Positions 38,884 through 48,758 of a stretch of 64,000 nucleotides of DNA are shown here, piece after piece. A program made the translations under genes and the position numbers. How positions within the stretch are numbered: position 1 is the first letter of the stretch; each line of letters begins with the position of its first letter. The notes under the pieces were generated by a model, which did not search any database, was not told the DNA's origin, and saw nothing but the letters and a program-made list of their open reading frames with translations. Origin of the DNA: an uncultured archaeon (GTDB lineage Archaea > Asgardarchaeota > Lokiarchaeia > Sigyniarchaeales > SOKP01); the NCBI GenBank assembly GCA_964632315.1, contig CAZWEM010000017.1:1-64000 (forward strand), read 5' to 3'.

Positions 38884-39615
38884 TTGAGTTTAGAATCCTT
38901 ATCTCAAGTTGAATTGATTCAGGTAACTTTTAGCTTAATATTTGTGGTTGTTTCGCTTATCTTAGGCTTTCGTATATTATCAAAATACTTTGGAACTGGA
39001 GAAAAGATCTATATTACGGTAGGATTGACTTGGGTTTTTCTTAGCTCTGCATGGTGGGGAAACGCCATTTCATTTTTTACATTTCTGCTTATGGATGTAG
39101 AAATTCCCGTTTTTTGGGATCTATTTTTAGGTAACATTTTCTTAGCTCCCGCGGTGGTCTTGTGGGTGTATTCTTTTTGCTACCTAATATATCCCCAATT
39201 TAAAAAAAAACTCTTATCGATCTATTTAGTGATTTGTGTTACATATGAAATCTTCTTAATAATATTTTTCTTCATTGATCTGGACATTATAGGACAATCA
39301 ACAGCGCGGTTTAATACAGAACATAATCTTTATCCTTTTATGTTTCAAGTTTTTGCGATCTTGACTGCGTTAATAAGTGGAATTTTAGTTGCAAAAGCAT
39401 CAATAAAATCAGACGATAAGAAAGTCAAAGCGAAAGGGTGGTTTTTATTATTAGGTTTTCTTTCATTCACGATTGCAGCTATTTTTGATGCTGCTATTCC
39501 AATGGATGCCTTCACGTTGGTGATAATAAGAACGATCTTGATTTTAAGCGCTTTTGAATATTATTTGGGATTTTTACTTCCAAAGAAACTGGCAAATTGG
39601 ATAACAGGATCTTAA
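38884..39615 (+). CDS. Stand-alone 7TM membrane protein
   Basis: Seven hydrophobic helices; SDDKKVKAKG before TM6; YLGFLLP at the end of TM7. Confidence 0.72.
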   Translation: MSLESLSQVELIQVTFSLIFVVVSLILGFRILSKYFGTGEKIYITVGLTWVFLSSAWWGNAISFFTFLLMDVEIPVFWDLFLGNIFLAPAVVLWVYSFCYLIYPQFKKKLLSIYLVICVTYEIFLIIFFFIDLDIIGQSTARFNTEHNLYPFMFQVFAILTALISGILVAKASIKSDDKKVKAKGWFLLLGFLSFTIAAIFDAAIPMDAFTLVIIRTILILSAFEYYLGFLLPKKLANWITGS

Positions 39616-39794
39616 AATTTTCTTTTTTATCCATTTTATGATCAGTTCAAAAAAATCTTTTCTTTTTTTAATATTCCAATCTAGCATAAAATGATTCATT
39701 CACTTCTCGACGAACTTTTACTACCTAATATATAGCTAAGTTTTATATACTCTAATTTTGAAAGAAGAATGAGTTAGGAAGAATATTAGGGGGT

Positions 39795-39908
39795 ATGGTA
39801 AAAATGAAATTTATGAAATTTTATACTTTAATTTTATCTATCATTGGAATTAGTGCGCTTGGAGCGTTAGGATTCATAATTGTTTTGCTTGGTAGTCTAT
39901 TTCTCTAA
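39795..39908 (+). CDS. Putative 37-aa single-helix membrane microprotein (not in ORF track)
   Basis: MVKMKFMKFYTLILSIIGISALGALGFIIVLLGSLFL; purine-rich AGGGGGT just upstream. Confidence 0.45.
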   Translation: MVKMKFMKFYTLILSIIGISALGALGFIIVLLGSLFL

Positions 39909-39949
39909 TTATTTCTCAACATTGAATCCAAATTATATTTCGTAATTCT

Positions 39950-41290
39950 TCAATCGTTCAAATTCGGAAAATTTTCTCCGGCATCGACCATTTTCTTAGT
40001 TAATTTTTGAGTTAATTCAGATTTAATTTCATTATAATCAGGGTAGTCAATCAAATTGTTTCTCTCGTGGGGATCCGACTCTAAATCGTATAAATATTGT
40101 CCCACGTATTTATCACTTTTAGCATATAAAAAGCCACTTTTCTTAGGTGCTTGCATGGCAAATTTCCATCTTGTGGTTCGGATTGCTCTTCCAACTTGTG
40201 ATTCACTAATTTGAATGAAAATTTCATCATCCCACGATGGATCATCTTTCTCAACTAAATTTTGGAGTTTTTTTCCTCTCATCTCATCTGGAATCGTTAT
40301 TCCTGCAATCTGCAAAATAGTAGGAGCAACATCAATAAGACTTACTAATTTATTTATTACTTTACCACCACTATAACCAGGGCCCTTAATGATTAAAGGA
40401 ATTCTAATAGAAGATTCATGACATGATCGCTTATACTCCCAAGTTCTCGTTCGAAAATGACATCCATGATCACTACAAAAAATAAAAATAGTGTCTTGAG
40501 TAAGTCCTAAATCTGAAATTTTTTCAATTATTTTATGCAAATTAGAGTCAATGCGATTACAACAACCTAAATAATCTGGATAAAATTCTTTCCAATCTCC
40601 TTGAGTGTTGACGAGATCACCTGGGATCTCATAATCACTGAATTTTTCTTTACTTCCTTTTGGTCCTACTACTTTTTCAAAATCATTTTGTTGATGGGGC
40701 TCTAAGAAGGATAAAAATAAGAAAAAAGGTTTTTGTTGGTTATAGGAGTCTAAAAAATCTAATGCAAAATCAGTCAGACAATCAACCCTATAACCTTTGA
40801 AGTCTATTTTTTCCATATTATGGTTGAAAAGATGTCCCTCATATGGATGAGAAGTAAACTCAAGTAAATCTGATGCTAGCCAGTAATCCTCATATCCTCC
40901 TCTCCTCTCCATTGGAATCGCAGCAGTTGTAAAATCTATTTTAGGCCCTACGTTTTCTTTGGACAATAAAATTGTGCTTGCTAAATGCCATTTTCCAATA
41001 TATGCTGTAGTATATCCTGATTCTGAAAGATAATCAGCAATTGTTTTTTCATTTAATGGAAGTGCAATTCCATTTCGATAGCACATCGTTTCAGTTGCAT
41101 ATTTTCCAGTTTGAATAATTGATCGTGCTGGACCACAAACTGGTTGATTAGTAAAAGCATACCGAAATAAAACCCCCTCTTTAGCCAGTTTATCTAAGTT
41201 AGGAGTGATATCTAACTTCTGACCATAACATCCGCAAGTATCGAACCGTTGTTGGTCGGTTAAAATAAAAATAATATTTGGCTTATCCAT
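39950..41290 (-). CDS. Cys-type (formylglycine-dependent) sulfatase
   Basis: PNIIFILTDQQR, CGPAR (CxPxR), GKWHL, SDHG, YDLESDPHERNNL. Confidence 0.93.
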   Translation of the reverse strand: MDKPNIIFILTDQQRFDTCGCYGQKLDITPNLDKLAKEGVLFRYAFTNQPVCGPARSIIQTGKYATETMCYRNGIALPLNEKTIADYLSESGYTTAYIGKWHLASTILLSKENVGPKIDFTTAAIPMERRGGYEDYWLASDLLEFTSHPYEGHLFNHNMEKIDFKGYRVDCLTDFALDFLDSYNQQKPFFLFLSFLEPHQQNDFEKVVGPKGSKEKFSDYEIPGDLVNTQGDWKEFYPDYLGCCNRIDSNLHKIIEKISDLGLTQDTIFIFCSDHGCHFRTRTWEYKRSCHESSIRIPLIIKGPGYSGGKVINKLVSLIDVAPTILQIAGITIPDEMRGKKLQNLVEKDDPSWDDEIFIQISESQVGRAIRTTRWKFAMQAPKKSGFLYAKSDKYVGQYLYDLESDPHERNNLIDYPDYNEIKSELTQKLTKKMVDAGENFPNLND

Positions 41291-41303
41291 TAACTTATAT
41301 AGT

Positions 41304-42440
41304 TTATACTACTTTATAAGCCTCAGTTATTGCTGAACAACCACCACATTTAACGCAGCCTGCTTTGTGCTCAAGTGGATTGACGTCCATTGATTTCATG
41401 AATTCTGCTGCTTTGATATATATTTTTTTAAGATCATCAATGTTGCTTCTTGGTAAATCTTTCCTACCAGGAACGGATCTCACGGGAGTGATGAATGGAA
41501 TGACCCCTAATGAAACGATTTTTTCAATTTCTCCCGTTATTTTCTCAACAGATTCCCCAAAACCAGTCAATACAAAAGTTTCCACTTGGCTTTTTCCAAA
41601 AACATCTAAAGCATAGCTCCAATTTTTTTCAAACAGTTTTTTAGATAAATGTGATTTTCCAGGAGTGATTTCCTTTCTAATTTCTTCATCAAGAATTTCG
41701 ATGTGAATGCCAATCGTATCTGCTCCGGCTTGTTTCAATTCATCTATATATGATAGATTATCCACTGGTTCGATCTGAACGTGTAATGGAAGGCTAGGAT
41801 TTTCTTTTTTAATGCCTTTTAACATTTCTACATATCTATTTGCTCCCTTATCAGGGTTCTTATCCGTGCCCGAAGTTAACGTCATATGGGAGCATCTCCC
41901 CTCTTCTTTTGCGACTTTAATCACTTCATTCATTTGTGAGGCTGATTTTTCGAGAATTGTTGAATCATCGTTCAAGCTTAATTCCAAGCCACAGAACTTA
42001 CAAGCTTCACCACACGCCCAATAAACACATTTTTGATAAATCGTACTCGCTAAACAATCCACGCCATGAACTAACGCAATTTTTTTCATCGGAATTCCGT
42101 CTGATGTTACAAAAGTCGGATCATAATAATGAGGGTTGGGAACGAGTTTCAATTTCATTACGGTTTCATTAGTTAAATTATCATTGATTGTAAGATATTC
42201 TCCTTCTTTTTCGGTCAGTACGAGATTTGTAAGTGTTGGGTTATCCCAAAGTGCGACATTAACTAAACTATTATCTTTGAAGAGAAAATATCTACCTCCT
42301 AATGGTCCAGCACCACCCTTTCTACCAAAATTCAGGTCGATACCTTGTCTTAGATAACTATCCCTCAAATTTTTATTAAGATATAACCCTTTAACCAAAA
42401 GTTCTGTCTTTTTTTCAAAAACAGTTCGGATATCAATCAT
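41304..42440 (-). CDS. Radical SAM protein, MSMEG_0568-like
   Basis: RKGGAGP, KIALVHG, CX8CX2C (CVYWACGEACKFC), C-terminal AGCVKCGGCS. Confidence 0.8.
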   Translation of the reverse strand: MIDIRTVFEKKTELLVKGLYLNKNLRDSYLRQGIDLNFGRKGGAGPLGGRYFLFKDNSLVNVALWDNPTLTNLVLTEKEGEYLTINDNLTNETVMKLKLVPNPHYYDPTFVTSDGIPMKKIALVHGVDCLASTIYQKCVYWACGEACKFCGLELSLNDDSTILEKSASQMNEVIKVAKEEGRCSHMTLTSGTDKNPDKGANRYVEMLKGIKKENPSLPLHVQIEPVDNLSYIDELKQAGADTIGIHIEILDEEIRKEITPGKSHLSKKLFEKNWSYALDVFGKSQVETFVLTGFGESVEKITGEIEKIVSLGVIPFITPVRSVPGRKDLPRSNIDDLKKIYIKAAEFMKSMDVNPLEHKAGCVKCGGCSAITEAYKVV

Positions 42441-42804
42441 AAAAAGCGTACCATTCCATGTTAAAAACTTTAAACAACATGATAGTAATAATTCTAAAGC
42501 TTAAATTTGTATTTTTTATTAATTGTAAGAGGTTGGTTCGATGGATAAAAAAAAATACTATTTTTGTAAAGACAAGATGTTAACTTACAAAATAAAGTAT
42601 CGCTTTCTTACATTCAAAATTGAAAGCAAATCGATCAATAATTACTATAGGGTGAATTTAAATCTATAAGAAGAATTTTTGAATTAAAGTAATTCTAAAT
42701 CACCTCTTTAATGCCTTAGGATAAAGTTTATTAAAAATACATCACTTTGACTATTAATTTTAATATTAGGAAACGAGAATTATTTAACCTATTAGTGAAT
42801 TAAA

Positions 42805-43431
42805 ATGGCACATCGTAGACCATGGCATTGTTATTCTTCGTGGAATCGAAGACCTTATCAACATAAACGAAGCGCTAATCATCGGAGAGAATATGCTCGA
42901 GGAGGTTCTCAATCTAAGATCCAACGTTTTTGGGGTGGAAATAAAGATATTGATTGGAAGGATTGGGAAATCGTTGTTGGGTTAAAAGTGGATAAACAAG
43001 TTCAAGTGTCTTCAAACGCTCTGGAAGCTATAAGAGTAACAGTAAATTCTCCTTTACAGAGAGATTTAGGTAGAAATAATTATAGAATGCGTGTTAGATC
43101 CAAACCATTTCAAAAGTATAGAGAGAATAGAATGCTCGCGTTTGCTGGAGCGGATCGTGTACAATCGGGAATGAGAAATTCCTTCGGCAGATCAACCGGT
43201 GTCTGTGCCCGGGTTCGAGCAGGTGCGATAATTCTAGACGTGGGGACACATCTTAGAAATTTACCGCTAATTAGGAAAAGATTAAAGATAGCAAGCATGA
43301 AAATCCCCTGTAGTTGTCAAATTGTGCTGCTACATTACAAATCTCCAGAAATCCTAAAGAGATCTGGATTACCATTATATGATGCGCAAAAAAGGCAAGA
43401 AATTCCGGTCTATGAATTGGCAGAAATCTAA
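42805..43431 (+). CDS. rpl10e: 50S ribosomal protein uL16 (L10e)
   Basis: ALEAIR, RENRMLAFAGADRVQSGMRNSFG, archaeal/eukaryotic type. Confidence 0.95.
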   Translation: MAHRRPWHCYSSWNRRPYQHKRSANHRREYARGGSQSKIQRFWGGNKDIDWKDWEIVVGLKVDKQVQVSSNALEAIRVTVNSPLQRDLGRNNYRMRVRSKPFQKYRENRMLAFAGADRVQSGMRNSFGRSTGVCARVRAGAIILDVGTHLRNLPLIRKRLKIASMKIPCSCQIVLLHYKSPEILKRSGLPLYDAQKRQEIPVYELAEI

Positions 43432-43547
43432 TTCTCAAGGATCCCATTATTTAACAGAAATTTCGTAATAATCAAGTTTTTACTTAATTAAATTCTTATA
43501 ATATTTAGTTAAATTATTACTTCTCAAAATCCGTTTTGTGAGAAAAT

Positions 43548-44939
43548 TTGACATTACTGAAAAATATTGATTTAAATAAATTTTTTAATCCAAAAAGCAT
43601 CTTAATCGTGGGAGTTTCACGAAAATCTTATACATTTAGCTTTACTATACTCAAGAATCTCTTGGAAATAATTTATCGGGGTAAGATTTTTATATTAAAT
43701 CCCAATGCTGATGAGATTTTGGGGGTTAAGTCTTATCATTCTTTAAAAGAACTCCCTGAAGTTCCCGAGTTAGCCGTGATAGTCCTAGGAAAGCATATAT
43801 CTGAAACTTTTCTGAAATTAGCTAAATTTGGGGTCAAAAATATAGCAATCGAATCAGATTTACGTTCAGAGACGCAAGATTTTGAACTTATCCAAAAATT
43901 AAATGAAATTAGTGAAGATTACCAAGTATCGTATATGGGTCCTTCAATGATTGGGATCATTAACTTTATTAACAATTTCACCAGTTCTATCATCCCTGTT
44001 CGTCAATATCTAATTCAAAAACATAGGAAAATTAAATCTGGTGTGAGTTTTATAGCACAATCTGGAGGATTAGCAGGAGCAATGGGCTGGTGGGCACCTC
44101 CTCAAGATGTACCTATCTCAAAAGTAATTCATTTAGGATACGGATTTGATATCAATGATGCTGATGTATTAGAATATTTCATTCAAGATGAAACAACTCA
44201 AGTAATCCTTCTTTATTTGAGAGAAATTACTGATGGAATTATTTCAGTTGTTAAGAACCTCGCTCCTTTGAAACCAGTCTTATTTTTCTACGTTGGAAAA
44301 GATTTTGAAAGAGAAAGATTATTAATAGAAGCGGGAGGAATGGAAGTATCAAATTATATAGAATTATTTGAATTCGCAAAAATCTTTCTTTGGTGTCCTG
44401 AACCTCGCGGACCTAATTTGGGAATAGTAGGACCCAGTTCAGGAGCAATTTATATTATCGTGAAAGAAATGAGAAAACAAGGATTATCTTTAGCTAAGTT
44501 AAGTAACGAGAATAGGGAAAAAATCCTCCAAAAAGTTGGTGGATCTACGTGCAATTTAGGAAATCCCGTTGATTACTGGCCCCCAGAGAGATTTGTCGGT
44601 ACAAAGATATGTGGAATTTACAACACTTCATCTAATACTCTATTAAATGATGATTCTGTCGAAGGCCTTATCTTAGCTTTAGAATTTTTTCATGAAATCG
44701 AATTTGATTTTAATATCTTCGAAAAGATTAAACTCACTTATCCAAATAAACCTATCATCACTGTTTTGATTCAAGCTGAACAAGATGGGGCTAAAAGAGT
44801 TTTTAAAACAGCCTCTGATTTGAAGATCCCTGTTTTCAACAACGAAGTTGAGCGTGCGGTCAAGGGTTATAAGTATTTATATGATTGGCATTCTAAAATT
44901 AAAAATAAAGAGAGAAATATAAAAAGTAATTATAATTAG
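43548..44939 (+). CDS. ADP-forming acyl-CoA synthetase alpha-subunit homolog lacking the phospho-His segment
   Basis: FFNPKSILIVGVS, MGPSMIG, IAQSGG, GNPVD; no SHTG motif. Confidence 0.8.
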   Translation: MTLLKNIDLNKFFNPKSILIVGVSRKSYTFSFTILKNLLEIIYRGKIFILNPNADEILGVKSYHSLKELPEVPELAVIVLGKHISETFLKLAKFGVKNIAIESDLRSETQDFELIQKLNEISEDYQVSYMGPSMIGIINFINNFTSSIIPVRQYLIQKHRKIKSGVSFIAQSGGLAGAMGWWAPPQDVPISKVIHLGYGFDINDADVLEYFIQDETTQVILLYLREITDGIISVVKNLAPLKPVLFFYVGKDFERERLLIEAGGMEVSNYIELFEFAKIFLWCPEPRGPNLGIVGPSSGAIYIIVKEMRKQGLSLAKLSNENREKILQKVGGSTCNLGNPVDYWPPERFVGTKICGIYNTSSNTLLNDDSVEGLILALEFFHEIEFDFNIFEKIKLTYPNKPIITVLIQAEQDGAKRVFKTASDLKIPVFNNEVERAVKGYKYLYDWHSKIKNKERNIKSNYN

Positions 44940-46174
44940 CTTGAAAAGATAGGTTGCAACTGTTCAGGAACTTCAGCATTACTATCCATTAATGAAATAG
45001 CATATACTTTTTCTCCGCAATTGCATCTTACACCTTCAAAAAGATAGTACTTGAACTTGTTTTTCCACGTGCATTCTTGAACATTAACAATTTCTGAAAT
45101 TTCTCCACATTTGCAATAAATAGATAAATCTTTACCGTAATCTGGGATGATTTTTGTGAAGTCTAATTGAACATTTTCGAATTCAGATTCATTTAACATT
45201 GAATTAATATCATCAGCCAATTTATCACGTAAGCTTGGTACAAAACTCGTAATTATACCGTTCTCAGCCTTTAGTTCCGTTAACACAATGAAATTTTTTT
45301 CTGGAGTTTCACTTACCTTGGAAGTGTCTAAATTCCGCAGATTTTCAGGGAGCGGAAGCGGATCCATTCCCGGAGGGTATGCAAACGTGTAATAGTATTG
45401 AGTTAAACCTCGGTAAGTCTTCTGATTGATTAATTCTAAGTTCTCATATCCACTACTATGAAGAACAAACTTAATTAATTGTAATGGGACCTTTAATTCT
45501 AAAAGTTTGGTTCTGATGTTATTTAACACATCCCCTACAAAACTCTTTAAAACCATTACATCTTCTCGATTTTGAGTATATACTTCTGTTCTGTTTTCCT
45601 CCTTGAATCTCGTCCATTTTCTAAGCACGCTACCACGCAATAACTGAGGTAACATGCAAAAAACACATAAAACCGGAAAAAGAACGTAATAACTTATACC
45701 TGGTATAAATGCTAAAACAGCTACTATTGCTAACATTGGTATTGTTGTATATAGACTCAACCTTCTTAATCGTTTGTCGGCGGAAGTTTTAAAACCTCTT
45801 TCAATAGCGATATTTTCTGTTCTGTTTATGATATCTCTAATTAAATTGACAACGTTTTTTTCTTGATAATTCATGCTCAATAATTTATCTTCTTCATTGC
45901 CTTGTTCAAGTTTTGAGATTGTTTCATTGAGTTTATCAATGTATTTTGACACGTTCTTTTCTTTAAATATAAAGTCTAACGGCTCATCTGCAAAGTAATC
46001 GAGAAATCGCGTGATAAACAATTTATCTTCAACTTCAGCGATATCTTTAGGATCCATGCCAAGTGCTTCTTGAATCATTTGAGATTGACTTTTTCTGACA
46101 TTTTTCCTAGAGCGCTTCTTCTCTTCTTTTTTTGGTTCTGATTGGTTTCCTTGAACTTTTTCTTGTTCATTCAT
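44936..46174 (-). CDS. Hypothetical membrane protein with central TM hairpin and C-terminal Cys cluster
   Basis: Two TM helices; CKCG...C...CNCG. Confidence 0.7.
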   Translation of the reverse strand: MNEQEKVQGNQSEPKKEEKKRSRKNVRKSQSQMIQEALGMDPKDIAEVEDKLFITRFLDYFADEPLDFIFKEKNVSKYIDKLNETISKLEQGNEEDKLLSMNYQEKNVVNLIRDIINRTENIAIERGFKTSADKRLRRLSLYTTIPMLAIVAVLAFIPGISYYVLFPVLCVFCMLPQLLRGSVLRKWTRFKEENRTEVYTQNREDVMVLKSFVGDVLNNIRTKLLELKVPLQLIKFVLHSSGYENLELINQKTYRGLTQYYYTFAYPPGMDPLPLPENLRNLDTSKVSETPEKNFIVLTELKAENGIITSFVPSLRDKLADDINSMLNESEFENVQLDFTKIIPDYGKDLSIYCKCGEISEIVNVQECTWKNKFKYYLFEGVRCNCGEKVYAISLMDSNAEVPEQLQPIFSS

Positions 46175-46369
46175 TTTTTTTCAAGAATTAACTCTGTAAT
46201 TCTATTTAATTTTACTAATCTAATTAACTTTTTGAAAAAAATAGACCATTAGAATCATAAAACCATCATAAAATTAATAGGTTATCATTATTGAAAGTAA
46301 GAATTAGTAGAAATCAAATATTAGTTAGATAGTAACTTCTTTTATACTGAGCTAAAAGAGATAAAAAAA

Positions 46370-46603
46370 TTAGTAAGGTACATTTACAACTGCTTTAACA
46401 TCTGGAACAAACTTTTTTATAGCTGCTTCTACTCCGTAAGTTAAAGTTTGTTGTGCGTGCATGCAACCTGCACAATGTCCTAAAAGTCGTACTTTTACAA
46501 CACCATCATCTTCAATAGAGATTAACTCAATATCTCCTCCATCAGCTTGGAGTTGTGGCCTAATCTTTGAAATGACTTCTTTTATTTTTTCTTTATCAAC
46601 CAT
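46370..46603 (-). CDS. NifU C-terminal domain (Nfu) Fe-S carrier
   Basis: IRPQLQADGGDIEL, GHCAGC, TLTYGVE. Confidence 0.93.
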   Translation of the reverse strand: MVDKEKIKEVISKIRPQLQADGGDIELISIEDDGVVKVRLLGHCAGCMHAQQTLTYGVEAAIKKFVPDVKAVVNVPY

Positions 46604-46802
46604 GTTAAATCAACTACTTTATTAGTTATAATATAAAATAAAAGTTCCTATATAAAACGTTTCTTAATAAAATATGGGGGAATTCTCGCCATAAATTATT
46701 TTTTCCTAATAATGATTTTAGAATACTAATAAAAAAAAACCACCATTCCTTTTATTATGCAATAATTAAATGTAAATAATCAATTTTTTAGGTTAAATTA
46801 TC

Positions 46803-47186
46803 ATGAATTCCAAAGAATTTTATAATAGATTGATGGAAGCTGAAAATCTGATGATACATGAAAAGTATAAACAAGCATTAACTTTATTAGAGGAATTAAA
46901 AGAGTTGGAAAAGGAGGGAGATTTTGAATATGAGTTGATCCATCAACTATACCAGTTAATTTCCAATGCTACCTCTTTTTCCAATCAACAAATAATTCTC
47001 AAAATTTTAAATTCAAATGCGTTCCCTCACGATCCAAAATTTATTGATATTCATGAACTAGATGAATACTTGAAAAAAGAAACAGGTTTGGATTTAGACA
47101 TAAGTACTTTAAAAAGAGAATTAGAACTCTTAATATTAAGGGATTTAACCACAATTCACATTGAAGGAAATAAAATCATATTATAA
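46803..47186 (+). CDS. Helical hairpin + winged-helix (PCI-like) protein
   Basis: TPR-like YKQALTLLEEL then IDIHELDEYL...LKRELELLILRDLTTIHIEGNKIIL. Confidence 0.55.
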   Translation: MNSKEFYNRLMEAENLMIHEKYKQALTLLEELKELEKEGDFEYELIHQLYQLISNATSFSNQQIILKILNSNAFPHDPKFIDIHELDEYLKKETGLDLDISTLKRELELLILRDLTTIHIEGNKIIL

Positions 47187-47315
47187 CTCTCTCGTGCTTA
47201 CAAAACAATTTTGAAAAGGATAGGATAGTTTTAAATTAAAAACCCTACTAAAAATGTTGGTTTTTTAAATACTAAATTAGAAATATTGCAAATAGTTAGT
47301 TTGTGCACGTAACTC

Positions 47316-47915
47316 ATGATTATAGATTTTCTTGTAAAAACTATACAATTTAAGATTGTATATTTTGGACCAGCAATGTCAGGAAAGACCACTTCAATTA
47401 AATCTCTTTTTGAGCATTTTGGTAAAAGAGAGGAACTCTCTAGTATTGAAAGTACTGTGAGAAGAACTCTTTTTTTTGACTATGGAGTCATCTCATTTAA
47501 AAATAAAGAGTGGAGGCTCAAGATAAATCTTTATTCATGTACGGGACAAGATTTTTATATCGTTACTCGCCCCATTACGCTAAGGGGCGTAGATGGTATA
47601 ATTTTCATTGCTGATAGTCAAGAAGTAGCTTGGGAAAGGAATTTGATCTCTTGGAACGAATTAAAGACATATTTTCATGATAAAATCGAAAAACTACCAT
47701 TAGTTATGGCATTTAACAAGCAAGATTTACCTGATAAATTTAGTCCTGAATCTTTTCTTAAAAAAATAGATTATCAATTTTATCAAAATAAAGAAGTGAG
47801 GTACACCATTGCGCTTAATGGAGAGAACGTTTTAACTTGTTTTGAGGATATCTTGAGGTTGGTTTTAATGAATATGAATAAATCTATTATTTTTCCAGTC
47901 ATAAAGGATTTATAG
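47316..47915 (+). CDS. MglA-like small GTPase (Ras superfamily)
   Basis: KIVYFGPAMSGKTT, RTLFFD, CTGQDFY in place of DxxG, GVDGIIFIADSQ, NKQD. Confidence 0.88.
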   Translation: MIIDFLVKTIQFKIVYFGPAMSGKTTSIKSLFEHFGKREELSSIESTVRRTLFFDYGVISFKNKEWRLKINLYSCTGQDFYIVTRPITLRGVDGIIFIADSQEVAWERNLISWNELKTYFHDKIEKLPLVMAFNKQDLPDKFSPESFLKKIDYQFYQNKEVRYTIALNGENVLTCFEDILRLVLMNMNKSIIFPVIKDL

Positions 47916-47917
47916 AT

Positions 47918-48727
47918 TTACTTTAAAGTAATTGGATTAACCGTAGTAGATCTCCCAAAAGTAGGAATCATCCATAGATACATGCAATACTTCAAATTCT
48001 TGTAAATTGGTCGAGCAAAATTACTATGACCACATTCACCTGGAAAAAAAGCTCCTTCCCCGTTGTTCAAATCATGACTAACAGAAATTCCTTCTCTATT
48101 TATCAAATATTGAGTCAGTGCATACTTATTATCATCAACACAAGCAATATAAACCTCTGGATTCCCAGGATGAATATGTGCATAAATCTCCTCATTTCCA
48201 CTTTGATTTTTCTCAAGATTCACGCTTGTAATAGTTCCCTCTTTCAATGATCTTGATGGAATATTAGTAAATCCTGACATAAAATAACCATTCTTTATTG
48301 CGGTCCATACTGTTCGATATGTTGACATCAAATTAGATGAGGAATGTTCACCTCGAGGTAAAAATTTATCAAGATTAAACTTTTCGAGTTCGAGTTCTAA
48401 CTCGGTATTCACTATGGTTTCAACTTCATAACTCATCAAGCATATTTTTGATGAGTTCGAATCTTGGAGATTAATCTTAATAGACTTTTTTTGAGGAAGG
48501 AAGAAAATATCAAATTTATTTATCTCATAAGACCTCTGTTCATAATTTAATGTTCCTTTCCCCTCTAAAAGACACCCATTAACAAGTTCTTTCGGCTCAG
48601 TCTGAAGAGATAATTCATTCTCAAAAATTAAATATTTAAGCTTAACGTGGTTTAATTCTCTTTCCACCATGTTATCAGATGGATTATTAAAGTAATAAGA
48701 ATTTAACCTTTCTTTTTCGTTTTTCAT
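47918..48727 (-). CDS. Bicupin protein (KduI/IolB-like)
   Basis: LEGKG...DIFFLP; HIH...EVY...H metal motif. Confidence 0.6.
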   Translation of the reverse strand: MKNEKERLNSYYFNNPSDNMVERELNHVKLKYLIFENELSLQTEPKELVNGCLLEGKGTLNYEQRSYEINKFDIFFLPQKKSIKINLQDSNSSKICLMSYEVETIVNTELELELEKFNLDKFLPRGEHSSSNLMSTYRTVWTAIKNGYFMSGFTNIPSRSLKEGTITSVNLEKNQSGNEEIYAHIHPGNPEVYIACVDDNKYALTQYLINREGISVSHDLNNGEGAFFPGECGHSNFARPIYKNLKYCMYLWMIPTFGRSTTVNPITLK

Positions 48728-48758
48728 TTTTTAATTCAAGAATTAATTGCCAATTAAA

